A stretch of 63,667 bases of DNA, taken from an uncultured Candidatus Saccharibacteria bacterium. Its GTDB lineage: Bacteria; Patescibacteriota; WWE3; 9FT-COMBO-53-11. Location of the stretch: the NCBI GenBank assembly GCA_964348395.1, contig CAYGCK010000003.1, forward strand, positions 26,095 to 89,761. Direction: 5' to 3'. Shown piece by piece: positions 1 through 9,096 of this stretch (position 1 is its first letter; the number at the start of each line of letters is the position of its first letter). The translations under genes and the position numbers were made by a program. The notes below the pieces were generated by a model. It worked only from the letters and a program-made list of their open reading frames with translations, was not told the DNA's origin and did not search any database.

Positions 1-986
1 GCGGACTCCGACACGGATTCCGTGAGAGACTTTCTCTCCAAATTAGCGGCGCCCAAAACATGTGCCAACTCACGAGCTTTGATGAGATTATTAGTACACA
101 GAAGACGCAACGCTTCAAGATTTAATTCGAGACCGCCAGGAATTTCGCCTGCTCTACCCACCGCGTTGATGCGTGGACCTAAGACCCAACCGGCAGCGTA
201 GCTTCCAATCGTTCCCGGTTTAAGCCGGGAAACTTCCGCCAGAGCCGCCAAACCGGGGCGCTTTAGGCGGTTGAGAACCTCAAAACCCCAGCGTACGAGG
301 GAACGGTTGACGCCTGTTAGGGGTTGAAGATCGGCGACGGTCGCAATGGACACTAAATCCAAAGCCTCCCGCAACTTTCTGCGGCTCCCCCCGAGCTGAC
401 TCGCCACAATCCAGGAAACCCCCGCCCCGCAAACTTGAGTTGAGTGGACTATAGAGTGGGCTTTGGGAAGTTTTTTTGGTTTGAGGTGGTGGTCGGTAAT
501 TACGACATCGACGCCGAGAGAGTTGGCAAAATCCACTTCCTCCACAGCGGTGATACCGGAATCGACCGTAACTATTATGCTTACCCCCTCCCCTTTGAGC
601 TTTTCTATACCTTGTCTACTCAAGCCGTATCCCTCGCTAAAGCGGTTTGGGATGTAGGGCATCGCGTCGGCTCCCAGGTCAAAAAGCGTTTGCCAAAGGA
701 TAGCAGTGGAGGAGACCCCGTCGACGTCGTAATCTCCCCAAACTACAATCTTTTCGCCTTTGGCTACCGCCTTTTTTATCCTCTTGACGGCTTGGGCGAG
801 GTCTTTCTCGTTAAGGTCGGGTAGAAATTCTTGAAAGCTGGAGACTATACTCTGGGGTTTTGGGGGGTTAAAGAAACTGTCGGGGTCGTCGACTTTCCTG
901 TTTTCCAGCAATACCGCAACGACGGTCTCAGGGTCCAGACGGACTTTCTTTTCCTGCTGATTCAAAACGTGCCATCGTTTCTCCAT
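1..986 (-). CDS. recJ: single-stranded-DNA-specific exonuclease RecJ, N-terminal part (gene runs off the left edge)
   Basis: Not in the ORF track because there is no stop in the window. My reverse-strand translation from the ATG at 984-986 gives MEKRWHVLNQQEK...VVWGDYDVDGVSSTAIL...VTVDSGI...VVITDHH, which are DHH-family motifs in RecJ order. It lies adjacent to secDF. Confidence 0.8.
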   Translation of the reverse strand, partial: MEKRWHVLNQQEKKVRLDPETVVAVLLENRKVDDPDSFFNPPKPQSIVSSFQEFLPDLNEKDLAQAVKRIKKAVAKGEKIVVWGDYDVDGVSSTAILWQTLFDLGADAMPYIPNRFSEGYGLSRQGIEKLKGEGVSIIVTVDSGITAVEEVDFANSLGVDVVITDHHLKPKKLPKAHSIVHSTQVCGAGVSWIVASQLGGSRRKLREALDLVSIATVADLQPLTGVNRSLVRWGFEVLNRLKRPGLAALAEVSRLKPGTIGSYAAGWVLGPRINAVGRAGEIPGGLELNLEALRLLCTNNLIKARELAHVLGAANLERKSLTESVSES

Positions 987-1004
987 ATCAAACTCCAATA
1001 GATT

Positions 1005-1904
1005 TTAGCGAAGCCGGAGTATCCCCCCAAAGTTAAAGCGACGCGCGGCGCTCTCCCACACCACAAGAAGCGGCGCCGCGTTGAAGGTCGAGGAGTAGGT
1101 ACCGGAGATCGTTCCAACCAAAAGCGCGAGAACAAAAAACCGCAAAGTCTCGCCGCCTAAGGCGAAAAGCGCCGCAAGCATAAAGATAATGGTTAGAGAG
1201 TTGTTGATAGAGCGCACGAGGGTCTCCCCAACCGCCTGATTAACCGCCTCACCAAAGGCAAGATTGGTTTTGCGACGGATTTCCCTTATCCGGTCAAAAA
1301 CCACAATGGTATCGTGCACGGAAAAGGAGAGGGTTGTCAAAACGGCGGTGACAAAAAGGGTTCCAACTTCGACGTTAAAAAAGTAGCCCAACAAAGAGAA
1401 AACTCCCAGTAAAACCAAGGTGTCGTGAAACATTGCCAAAATGGCAACCGCGCCGTAGGCAAAGTTGCGAAATCTGTACGCAACATACAAGAGTATAGCT
1501 ACAATCGCTATCACAACCGCGGTCAACGCTTTCCTGAGAAGCTCCCCGCCCAATCTGGGACCCAGGGTTTCAAACCGAACCTCCTCAAACGGACCAACTT
1601 TGGAAGAAATTGCACTCGCCAACTCCTGCCGCTCACCAACGCCCAGCGGTTGAGTCTTTATGATAAAACCTCCCTCACCCGATTCCTGAACCTCCGCCGT
1701 TAGCCCTCGCTCCTCAAAAACCTCCCTAATCTCCTCACTGGTCTCTGATTTCTGGTCACTGGTTACTTCTATCTCCCACAGCGTCCCACCGGTAAAGTCG
1801 ATGGATGGTTTGAGACCGAAAAGCAAGAGCGATATAACCCCAGGCACCAATACCGCCGCGGAGAGCAGAAAGAAAAATGATTTATAACGCATAAAATTGA
1901 CCAT
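1005..1904 (-). CDS. secF: protein translocase subunit SecF
   Basis: 299-aa ORF with multiple TM segments and SecF-like C-terminal RND-type membrane domain. It lies immediately downstream of secD. Confidence 0.9.
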   Translation of the reverse strand: MVNFMRYKSFFFLLSAAVLVPGVISLLLFGLKPSIDFTGGTLWEIEVTSDQKSETSEEIREVFEERGLTAEVQESGEGGFIIKTQPLGVGERQELASAISSKVGPFEEVRFETLGPRLGGELLRKALTAVVIAIVAILLYVAYRFRNFAYGAVAILAMFHDTLVLLGVFSLLGYFFNVEVGTLFVTAVLTTLSFSVHDTIVVFDRIREIRRKTNLAFGEAVNQAVGETLVRSINNSLTIIFMLAALFALGGETLRFFVLALLVGTISGTYSSTFNAAPLLVVWESAARRFNFGGILRLR

Positions 1905-1905
1905 T

Positions 1906-3171
1906 TTAGCGATAGAACACTCTGACCAAAGTCCTGGTAACTACGACTCCGGTAAAAAGCGATATCAAAACCCCAATACCAAGCGTGAGCGCAAACCCGC
2001 GAACCACCCCGGATGTGACCAAAAAAGACCAGTTAAAGGGGTTAAATAGGATAAAGACGGTGGTTAAGGTCGCTAAATTAGCGTCGCGTATAGAATCCCA
2101 CGCGCGACCAAACCCTAGCTCCATAGCCGTTTTTAAATCCTGCCCCCAACGCCGCTCCTCTTTGATACGCTCAAAAATGAGAATATTGGCGTCGACCGCC
2201 ATCCCAACAGAGAGAATAAAACCGGCAATGCCCGAGAGGGTGAGGGTTACGGGAATCGTTTTGTAGACCGCAAGGGTCAAGAGCGCGTAGATAAAAAGAG
2301 CCCCCGCCGCCAAGACCCCAAGTCGCCCGTAGTTGCCAACCATAAAGGCTACAACGAGGGCGAGACCCAAGAGACCGGCGGCGACGCCTTTGGATAGTTC
2401 CTGACTGCCCAGAGTCGGTCCTATTTGACGCCTTTCTAAAACCGAAATTGGAGTTGGAAGTGCACCGGCGTTGAGCTGGGCAACAATGCGAGTCGCCTCT
2501 TCAACCGTAAAGGTCCCGGTGATTACTGCATTTCCGCCAACTATTTTCTGCTGAACGGTGGGCGCGGTCAAGAGAACCTTATCTAAGAATATAGCCAAAG
2601 GTTTGCCGACGTTTCGCCCCGTTATCTCCTCGAACTTTTTATCCCCTTCGGCGGTAAAGTCAAGCGCAATCTGCGGAGCGCCGGTTGAGGGGTCAAAGTC
2701 AACTCTCGCGCGTTCCAAATCGCGACCGGTGAGACCGGTTTCTTGAGCTAAGGTATCTCCTTCCCTAAAATCCAGCTGCGCCGTTTGCCCAACCAGAGCC
2801 AACGCTTCCTCGGGGTCGGTAACCCCCGGCAACTCCACAATAACCCGATAAGAATCCCCCAGGCGAGACGTTTGGACCACGGGTTCGGCGACGCCTAAAA
2901 AATCGACACGACGCTCAATTACGGCTCGCGCGCTTTGCAGGGCTTGCTCGCGATCCGCGGGATCGACGTCCGCCATATCCGCCTCCAAAACGAGCTGCAG
3001 ACCACCTTGCAGATCAAGTCCTCTCCTCAAGGAGAAATCAAGGTCAAAACGCTTTCCAAAGATTTCAAACCCGAAATTCGCGGGCCAAAAAAACCCGGCC
3101 GCGGCGATAAAAAACGATAACGCGGTCAAGGCAAAAATTACGAGGAGAATCCAACGCGGTTTTACTTCCAT
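1906..3171 (-). CDS. secD: protein translocase subunit SecD
   Basis: 421-aa ORF with an N-terminal TM, a periplasmic domain (GLDLQGG motif) and a C-terminal 5-TM SecD/F domain. Confidence 0.9.
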   Translation of the reverse strand: MEVKPRWILLVIFALTALSFFIAAAGFFWPANFGFEIFGKRFDLDFSLRRGLDLQGGLQLVLEADMADVDPADREQALQSARAVIERRVDFLGVAEPVVQTSRLGDSYRVIVELPGVTDPEEALALVGQTAQLDFREGDTLAQETGLTGRDLERARVDFDPSTGAPQIALDFTAEGDKKFEEITGRNVGKPLAIFLDKVLLTAPTVQQKIVGGNAVITGTFTVEEATRIVAQLNAGALPTPISVLERRQIGPTLGSQELSKGVAAGLLGLALVVAFMVGNYGRLGVLAAGALFIYALLTLAVYKTIPVTLTLSGIAGFILSVGMAVDANILIFERIKEERRWGQDLKTAMELGFGRAWDSIRDANLATLTTVFILFNPFNWSFLVTSGVVRGFALTLGIGVLISLFTGVVVTRTLVRVFYR

Positions 3172-3356
3172 TTCTTCTTGGTATCAAGAGGGAGTTGGCG
3201 GGCGACGGGAAATTTGAAGGTGACTTCCCCCTTAACGTAGTCCACACTTACCTCCACAGGATCCCCCGCCCGAAGGTTTAGAATCTTAACAAATTCGGCA
3301 GGCAGCGTTACAGCAACAGAATTACCAGTGCGAATTATCTTCTGCCCCATCCTCAT
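3162..3356 (-). CDS. AbrB/MazE/SpoVT-family DNA-binding protein (antitoxin-like), 64 aa
   Basis: MGQKIIRTGNSVAVTLPAEFVKILNLRAGDPVEV is a typical swapped-hairpin AbrB/SpoVT motif. Its stop overlaps the secD start by 10 nt. Confidence 0.6.
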   Translation of the reverse strand: MRMGQKIIRTGNSVAVTLPAEFVKILNLRAGDPVEVSVDYVKGEVTFKFPVARQLPLDTKKKWK

Positions 3357-3373
3357 GAAATATTAACAGACGC

Positions 3374-4030
3374 TCAAATAGTCAGGTACTGCTGCGCCTC
3401 GGTGGTCAAAATCACCTTGGGCTGAAGAAGTGCCTTAAGAATAAGAGGATCTCGACGCTTCTTGAGTTCCTCGAATTCCTTCTCCGTCAAAACCGCGTAG
3501 TTTATCTCCTGCTTCCGCCGCTTCTCTTCTTCCTGAACGAGGTTGGTAATCTTTCTGGTCAGCCCGCTTCCTCCGACCACAAGAAGGTCTATGTCGGTCG
3601 GTTCCGGAGTCCGACCGCGAAGAAACGGGATGGAGATGAAAGCAAATTTTATCTCCCCCAGCCCACGACCGCCGGACAAGGCTCGCCCGATACCCTCCTC
3701 CTTTACCAAAAGCCCCAAGAGCTCGTTTAGATGGGTAAAATCCTCGCGAAGCGAGTAAATCAATCGATTTTTGTGCGAGGTACGCGTCAAGAGACCCAGC
3801 GAGATAAGGTTTTCGAGCTCACGGCGGACCGCGTTTATTTCGGCCCCGACGCGGCGGGTTATGGCGCGAACGTGATAGCGTGCCTCGGGTTTTAGGAGGA
3901 AAAGCTTTAGAATATCAATTCTTACCTGGGAAACAAGAAGCTTCTTTAGAGTTCCTTTTGCCGAAGCGGAAGTCGAACTAGCTCTTCTTCGGATCCTCGT
4001 TTTTGTCGTTCCAGGTCTAACTAACGGCAT
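3374..4030 (-). CDS. winged-helix (ArsR-like) transcriptional regulator fused to a nucleotidyltransferase-like domain
   Basis: The ORF track gives 3374..4072. I prefer the ATG at 4030 (MPLVRPG...) because GAGGGGGTGA lies about 11 nt upstream and this start avoids overlap with the upstream gene. The central segment RIDILKLF...VRAITRRVGAEINAVRRELENLISLGLL looks like a wHTH. The C-terminal segment RGRTPEPTDIDLLVVG resembles a minimal NTase motif. Confidence 0.5.
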   Translation of the reverse strand: MPLVRPGTTKTRIRRRASSTSASAKGTLKKLLVSQVRIDILKLFLLKPEARYHVRAITRRVGAEINAVRRELENLISLGLLTRTSHKNRLIYSLREDFTHLNELLGLLVKEEGIGRALSGGRGLGEIKFAFISIPFLRGRTPEPTDIDLLVVGGSGLTRKITNLVQEEEKRRKQEINYAVLTEKEFEELKKRRDPLILKALLQPKVILTTEAQQYLTI

Positions 4031-4052
4031 ATTTTCTTTATCACCCCCTCTC

Positions 4053-5207
4053 TCACTTTGGCAACACCTCAATCCAAGTCAACCCCCGATTAAGTTCCAG
4101 TTCCTCGTTCGTCCCACGCTTGAAAAATTTCATCCTTGAGGAGAGGTTCGAGCGGCGCCAAGTGGAGGAAACCTCAACCCCGTCCTGGTACAAAACGGCG
4201 TCCCCTTCGCCGGTTGTAGTGTAGAGCCGATGAGAAGTCCCATCCCCCGCCGAACGCGCTCTCATATAAACCAGAGCAACATTTTTTGCGAAAAGCTGTT
4301 TCCCAGTTGCCTTGTCGGTTTGTACTTCTCCCCCCTGCCATCTCAAGTAAGAATTGGTTTTTGGTTCAAAACTCCACCCGACCTGGTAAGCAGGAAAATA
4401 CCAAAAGTTGAACGAAAACTTTTGCTCTTTAGGACGCGCCGCAAACGGTGCGTCGGATTTGAACTTCCACCGCTCAAAGGCGGGCATTTTATTAGTCCCG
4501 GGGTAAAGAAGTTCGCCGGCTTGGGAAAGCTTGTCGGTTGAACTGTAGTGAATGTGGGATAGAACCCCGCCCCCGGGAAAACGCACGTCCCCGCCGTAGG
4601 TGTAGGTCGCCGACCCCAGTCTAAATTGATTTAAGGAAAGAACGTCGTTTTTGGCTATATAGGTATGTATGTTTGCCGGTCCCGGCGTGGAAGCCCCTCC
4701 TACGTGGGCGTAGTACGCCGGAAATTCCAAGGCAAAATCCATATAGTAAACGCGGGCCGAGCGGACGGGACCAATTTTCCCGACATTTTGACTGTGGAAG
4801 AGGGCCAAAAAGCGAGTGATTCCTCCCTCTGCAACCGCCTCGTAAATAATATCGGCACCTTGAAGACCAAACTGGTAAGGACGCGCCAGATAGTGGTTGT
4901 CTACCATGACCCCCAATGGTCTCCTGCCAACCCAGGAGGACTCCTCCTCCGCGGTGTAAAAGACCCCGGTTATAGGATGGGAAACTTCTTTTTTCGTGGA
5001 TTCGGAAAGAACTATTGGGGATCCCTCATCTCCCGAACCAAGCGGATCTAGGAAAGGAAGTGAGTAGTATTTGGAGACAAGAGGATATGCGATCCCGAGA
5101 GCTACAAATAGGAAGAACCAGAGCGTCAGGAGAATTTTGCGTTTGTTGGTCCGCAACCAAGTGCCGAAACGAGCTACTAAATTGCGCAATTTTTCGTTCA
5201 CCTTCAT
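4053..5207 (-). CDS. DUF3048-domain (YerB-like) secreted/membrane-anchored protein
   Basis: 384 aa with an N-terminal TM. The segment GVMVDNHYLARPYQFGLQGADIIYEAVAEGGITRFLALFHS matches my recollection of the DUF3048 family signature. Confidence 0.65.
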   Translation of the reverse strand: MKVNEKLRNLVARFGTWLRTNKRKILLTLWFFLFVALGIAYPLVSKYYSLPFLDPLGSGDEGSPIVLSESTKKEVSHPITGVFYTAEEESSWVGRRPLGVMVDNHYLARPYQFGLQGADIIYEAVAEGGITRFLALFHSQNVGKIGPVRSARVYYMDFALEFPAYYAHVGGASTPGPANIHTYIAKNDVLSLNQFRLGSATYTYGGDVRFPGGGVLSHIHYSSTDKLSQAGELLYPGTNKMPAFERWKFKSDAPFAARPKEQKFSFNFWYFPAYQVGWSFEPKTNSYLRWQGGEVQTDKATGKQLFAKNVALVYMRARSAGDGTSHRLYTTTGEGDAVLYQDGVEVSSTWRRSNLSSRMKFFKRGTNEELELNRGLTWIEVLPK

Positions 5208-5260
5208 TACTCATTATACCGAAATCCGATCCCGAAGATGAGCGTGCTAAACTTTAATTT

Positions 5261-5524
5261 GTGGGTAAAAGAACCAAGAAAGAAAAGGAGCGCTCCAGGG
5301 AACGTCGCAAACTTGAGGTGCTTCGAGCTCAGACCACTGATAAAAACAGAAGGGTCGAAGACGTTGAAGAGCCCAAAAAGAAAACAAACCCCGAAACCGA
5401 AATCCAAAGAGTCGATCCCAAGTACATTAAAAAAGATCTCGTAAAAGCGGGGATACTTACAGCGTTATTTCTAGGTATAATAGTTATGCTTTACGCGTTG
5501 AAGGATAAAATCCCATTCTTTTGA
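5261..5524 (+). CDS. small Lys/Arg-rich protein with a C-terminal TM helix (hypothetical)
   Basis: 87-aa ORF, one of the few plus-strand ORFs. The C-terminal segment AGILTALFLGIIVMLYAL is hydrophobic. No recognisable family. Confidence 0.35.
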   Translation: MGKRTKKEKERSRERRKLEVLRAQTTDKNRRVEDVEEPKKKTNPETEIQRVDPKYIKKDLVKAGILTALFLGIIVMLYALKDKIPFF

Positions 5525-5835
5525 GTATGAAAATCAAACTGACCTTGCCAACAATCGGGCTTCTCGAGGCCTCCGGGCTCACCGCCTACGTGGTCTTGAT
5601 ATCCAAGATATTCCAATACGCCGATAAGTGGGCGGCGGGGATAAGCCCAACCTCGGTGTCCGTTTTCCTCCTCCTTCTTTTCGTCTTATCCGCCTTGATC
5701 TCAGCTCTTATAATGCTAGGGCGCCCCGCGCTCCTTTTCTTTGACGGAAAGAAAAAAGAAGCCGTAGAGCTCGTCCTTTGGAGCACCATCTGGCTCGCCG
5801 GTTTTATTACCATTTTTCTGTTTTTCATCTTATAA
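5521..5835 (+). CDS. small integral membrane protein (hypothetical, about 3 TM)
   Basis: 104-aa ORF overlapping the previous stop by 4 nt, with three hydrophobic stretches. Confidence 0.4.
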   Translation: MSMKIKLTLPTIGLLEASGLTAYVVLISKIFQYADKWAAGISPTSVSVFLLLLFVLSALISALIMLGRPALLFFDGKKKEAVELVLWSTIWLAGFITIFLFFIL

Positions 5836-5891
5836 ACCAAAAAAGAAAGAGCTCGCCGAATCACCTCAACGAGCCCTTGAACATGAAGCAA

Positions 5892-6188
5892 CTACGCCAC
5901 CGGTTCGGCTTCACGTTCCCACGAGTCAATCCACCAGCGCCCGTCGTCGTAAAACACGCCGCGCGTGGGCGCTAGCTCACAGTCTGGACAGTAGGGAACG
6001 GTGACATTTCTCACCCTTCCGTCCCCCGCAATTCTACTTTGGGGAATCCGGTGGGAGAGGTAAACGGTTGTCTTGAGAATCATCTCCCCACAACTATGGA
6101 CCCACCCGTCATTGTCCGACCTCGTGCTTTCGGTCAGGACTACCCATTGACGCTCTTCGGTCAGCCGACCGCCGTGCCTCTTCTCCAT
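5892..6188 (-). CDS. hypothetical protein, 98 aa, Trp/Arg-rich with a CPDC motif
   Basis: ORF with AAGGAAAGGAG about 7 nt upstream of the ATG and a TTGACG...TAATCT promoter-like sequence further upstream. No family recognised. Confidence 0.4.
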   Translation of the reverse strand: MEKRHGGRLTEERQWVVLTESTRSDNDGWVHSCGEMILKTTVYLSHRIPQSRIAGDGRVRNVTVPYCPDCELAPTRGVFYDDGRWWIDSWEREAEPVA

Positions 6189-6451
6189 CTCTCATCTCCT
6201 TTCCTTATCAAGATTGCTAAAAGATTAACACAATACCCACCCGCGTCAATCCGTTTTTAAAACTCCCCTTCTCAAGGTCGATATTGAGGCGTCTCTCAAC
6301 GTGCGCAAGCAGTATCCCTTCGATTCCCATAGGTACTTCACTGTATTTTATCCTCGAGTTGACAAGGAGGTTTTGGAAAGTTTCAAGCTTTATTGGAAAG
6401 AAGCGAAGGAAGTTCGTTAAGTTTGCTCTATTAAGTTCCGCTACCTATAAC

Positions 6452-6487
6452 AAAAAGAACCCGGCTTGAAGGGACGCCTCCGAGCCG
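6452..6487 (-). terminator. putative intrinsic terminator downstream of the 6576..6977 gene
   Basis: The minus strand reads CGGCT-CGGAGGCGTCCCTTCA-AGCCG followed by GGTTCTTTTTGTT. Confidence 0.4.
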
Positions 6488-6575
6488 AGTTGTGACCTCA
6501 AGCGGGTTGCTTGGCGCCGTCTGCTACCTCACGAAGAAGCTCAAGTGGAACCTCCGCGGCTTTGGTTCGGACCTG

Positions 6576-6977
6576 TCAACCGCCGGAAGACGGCCAGCGC
6601 TTCTGCGCTGCGACGAGCGCCTCTCCTCCCACCGTCGCAACCGGCTTGTCAATGGTGGCCTTGCTCACAAGACCGATCTCAAAGCTGTCCGGGCCGATGC
6701 GCAGTCCACAAAGCGCGACCGCGACGAGACCCTCCCCGCGCGAGGCGTGGTCGAGGGTGTAGATGATCATATGGCCCGCGATCTCGCCAATATCTACCCT
6801 GTAAATCTTGCTATCCCAATCCCAGGTCTCCCCCACCCAGAAAAACATCGCGTCCTCGGCCTTCGCAAGATTAGGCGCGACAAAAGCCCTGACCCGCAGA
6901 TCGAAGTTGAGGACGCCTGGGGTGAGACCCCAGTCTGAATCCAGAACCCACAGAGAAACCGCGTAGAGCTTCTTCAT
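6576..6977 (-). CDS. hypothetical protein, 133 aa (GC-rich orphan)
   Basis: ORF with GAAGGGAG about 8 nt upstream of the ATG. The antisense 148-aa plus-strand ORF is Arg-rich and looks less protein-like. Confidence 0.45.
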   Translation of the reverse strand: MKKLYAVSLWVLDSDWGLTPGVLNFDLRVRAFVAPNLAKAEDAMFFWVGETWDWDSKIYRVDIGEIAGHMIIYTLDHASRGEGLVAVALCGLRIGPDSFEIGLVSKATIDKPVATVGGEALVAAQKRWPSSGG

Positions 6978-7038
6978 CTCTAATCTCCCTTCTCGGAATT
7001 ATTTATTGTCCTATAACTATAGGACGGGCGGGAAAACC

Positions 7039-7047
7039 GTGGTAAAA
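7039..7047 (+). promoter_or_regulatory. extended -10 element (TGgTAAAAT) upstream of rnpB
   Basis: TG at 7039-7040 and TAAAAT at 7042-7047, about 6 nt before the predicted rnpB 5' end. No good -35 element. Confidence 0.35.
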
Positions 7048-7052
7048 TGGTG

Positions 7053-7405
7053 GTGCGCAGGAAGTCGGCGGCTACCCCACCTTTGGCGGGGAGGAAAGTC
7101 CTGACTCCAGAGAGCAGGGGACGGAGCGCAAGCTCCGACCGGTAACGGCTGGTGTCCAAGCCCTTTATACCGCTTTAACGGGGTTTGGAACGGACCCCGA
7201 ACCGACGGGGTTCGAGAGCAACAGAGACGAGCGGGTATGAAACGGGCAATCCCACCCGGAGCAATCCACGACCGCACCCTTTGAGGTGGCTCGCTGAAAA
7301 GGTCGGTGATGACAATTTGGCCAACACATGACCTTGGGGTGCAAAGATGGAGCACTAGATAGATTGCCGCTAAAACAGAATCAGGCTTACTTAACTTCCT
7401 GCGCG
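7053..7405 (+). ncRNA. rnpB: RNase P RNA, bacterial type A
   Basis: Conserved blocks are seen directly: GGAGGAAAGTCCTGACTCC (P4 5' strand), CAACAGAGA, CCCACCCGGAGCAA, and CTAGATAGATTGCCGCTAAAACAGAATCAGGCTTAC (P4 3' strand). A P1 pairing joins GCGCAGGAAGT (7054-7064) with AACTTCCTGCGC (7393-7404). The ends are approximate. Confidence 0.85.
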
Positions 7406-7406
7406 A

Positions 7407-8408
7407 CTACCTTCTCCTACTGACGTGGTTCCATTGCAATACATCCTTAGCAAGGATGGAAAGCATAATTGCGGCCGGAATAGCAAGTAGTAACCCCACA
7501 ATTCCAAAAAGCTGAGCTCCTATAAAAAGAATGATAAGCGCCCCAAGAGGCGAAAAGCCCGCGGTTCGCCCCATTACGTTGGGGACTAGTATGTTGTTTT
7601 CCAGCTGCTGGACGATGATGTAAAGGATAAGAATCCAAAGCCCCATAAGAGGAGAGGTTCCAAACCCCACAAGAAGTCCCGGTATGGCCGCGATTATCGG
7701 ACCGATGGTTGGAATTATTTCAAAGACCCCAGCGATAACCGCCAGAGGGAGTGCGTACTCGACTCCCAAGGCAAAAAGCCCAAGGTAGGTCAAAACCCCA
7801 ACCGCCAACATCAAAAGCACCTGTCCCCTAAGCCACCCACCCAGTTGCTGCTCCATAGAACCGATTATTTTCTCGGATCTACTCTGCGCCTTCTTATTCA
7901 TCATTCCGACAAAACGATTTCTGATGTTCTCCCAATCCAGGAGGAAATAAAAGGTAAAAACGAGGATGGTCACCAAAAGCACAGCGTTTGAAACGATGCT
8001 CCCAGCGACCGTCAAGATGTTTGCCGAAAGAATGGTCGCCTGAGAGACGAGCTGCTGCTGAAGACTTTCGGTGAAAGGTATGGAAGCGAAGCGCTCAAGA
8101 ACCGGCTCGAGAAACCTAGGAAGGTTTACCAAGAATCTTCCCGTTTGGTTAACCAAGGGCGTAAATCCGTAAGTAAGAAGCCCTACGATCGCGGCCAAGA
8201 AAACAAAAAACACCAAAAAGACACCGATGGGTCTGGGAATCTTTAGACCTTTTAGTTTCGCAACCAGTGGATCGAGCGCCAAAGAGAGTATGAGCGCGAT
8301 AAAAAGAGCAACCACGACCATTCTTACCTCAACAAGAATCCAGAGACCGGTCAGAACAGCTAGAGTAAAAAGAACGGTTTTTGGCGTAATCTCGTAGTGC
8401 TTCTCCAT
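7407..8408 (-). CDS. AI-2E family transporter (PerM/YhhT-like permease)
   Basis: 333 aa with about 8 TM. The overall pattern and the C-terminal GFSPLGALIILFIGAQLFGIVGLLLAIP are typical of the family. Confidence 0.75.
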   Translation of the reverse strand: MEKHYEITPKTVLFTLAVLTGLWILVEVRMVVVALFIALILSLALDPLVAKLKGLKIPRPIGVFLVFFVFLAAIVGLLTYGFTPLVNQTGRFLVNLPRFLEPVLERFASIPFTESLQQQLVSQATILSANILTVAGSIVSNAVLLVTILVFTFYFLLDWENIRNRFVGMMNKKAQSRSEKIIGSMEQQLGGWLRGQVLLMLAVGVLTYLGLFALGVEYALPLAVIAGVFEIIPTIGPIIAAIPGLLVGFGTSPLMGLWILILYIIVQQLENNILVPNVMGRTAGFSPLGALIILFIGAQLFGIVGLLLAIPAAIMLSILAKDVLQWNHVSRRR

Positions 8409-8436
8409 GCTCTTTAAAGTGTAGCAAGAAGCATAT

Positions 8437-9096
8437 TTAAACTTTCAAGCCCGAACATAGGTTATGGGCTAAGAGAGTAGGTCGGGGAAGTCTTTGCCCG
8501 CGCAAAGTACAAACCAAGGTCAAACGAACCGCCTCCTCAAGCGATATTTTGTGACCTATCGAGATAAAAATCGGAGCTGAGCCTGGTTTGGTTCTAACCA
8601 CCGTCCCCACGACCTCGCCGTTGTCGATAAGAGGAGATTTATCCCCTATCCGAGATCCCAAATCCTGATAACTGCCCACCAGACGGGACTTAGCTATTCC
8701 GATAGACGATTTGTTCAGCAAAACCCCGATGTGGGAGGCCAGACCCAAGCGGCGGGGATGCGCCAAACCCTGAGCGTCGAAGAGAAAAAGGTCGGGTTTA
8801 GTCTTTAACCTCTCGACGGCGGAGAGAACTGCCTCGCCTTCTCGAAAAGCCAAGAGTCCGGGTATATAGGGAAAAGAAACGGGAACCTCGGAAACCGCCT
8901 TCTCCACAACTCCCATATGCGGAAAGGATAAAACAACGGCCGCCGCGCGAGCCGTGGATTTTGAGGGAAAGGAGACGTCTACGCCGCAAACGTTCGAAAC
9001 CTTTTCCGGGCCTCCGGTTTTAACGACTCGCTTGCTTAAATCTTCCTGTATATTAATCGCTTGGGAAGAGGAGACGTCCCAAGGATGGAAACTCAT
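8437..9096 (-). CDS. nfi: endonuclease V
   Basis: 219 aa with CGVDVSF...YIPGLLAFREGEAVL...LFDAQGLAHPRRLGLASHIGVLL...IGIAKSRL, which are the canonical EndoV motifs. Confidence 0.85.
   Translation of the reverse strand: MSFHPWDVSSSQAINIQEDLSKRVVKTGGPEKVSNVCGVDVSFPSKSTARAAAVVLSFPHMGVVEKAVSEVPVSFPYIPGLLAFREGEAVLSAVERLKTKPDLFLFDAQGLAHPRRLGLASHIGVLLNKSSIGIAKSRLVGSYQDLGSRIGDKSPLIDNGEVVGTVVRTKPGSAPIFISIGHKISLEEAVRLTLVCTLRGQRLPRPTLLAHNLCSGLKV

Noticed and set aside
444-824. 126-aa and 64-aa plus-strand ORFs at the left edge.
   Set aside because: They are antisense to a clean RecJ reading frame with DHH motifs that runs off the window edge.
6284-6469. A 61-aa plus-strand ORF and a 37-aa minus-strand ORF in the 6190-6575 gap.
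   Set aside because: Neither has an RBS, both have odd composition, and they overlap promoter- and terminator-like elements. I treat the gap as non-coding.
7017-7355. A 112-aa minus-strand ORF.
   Set aside because: It is antisense to the RNase P RNA gene, and the conserved rnpB blocks explain the region.
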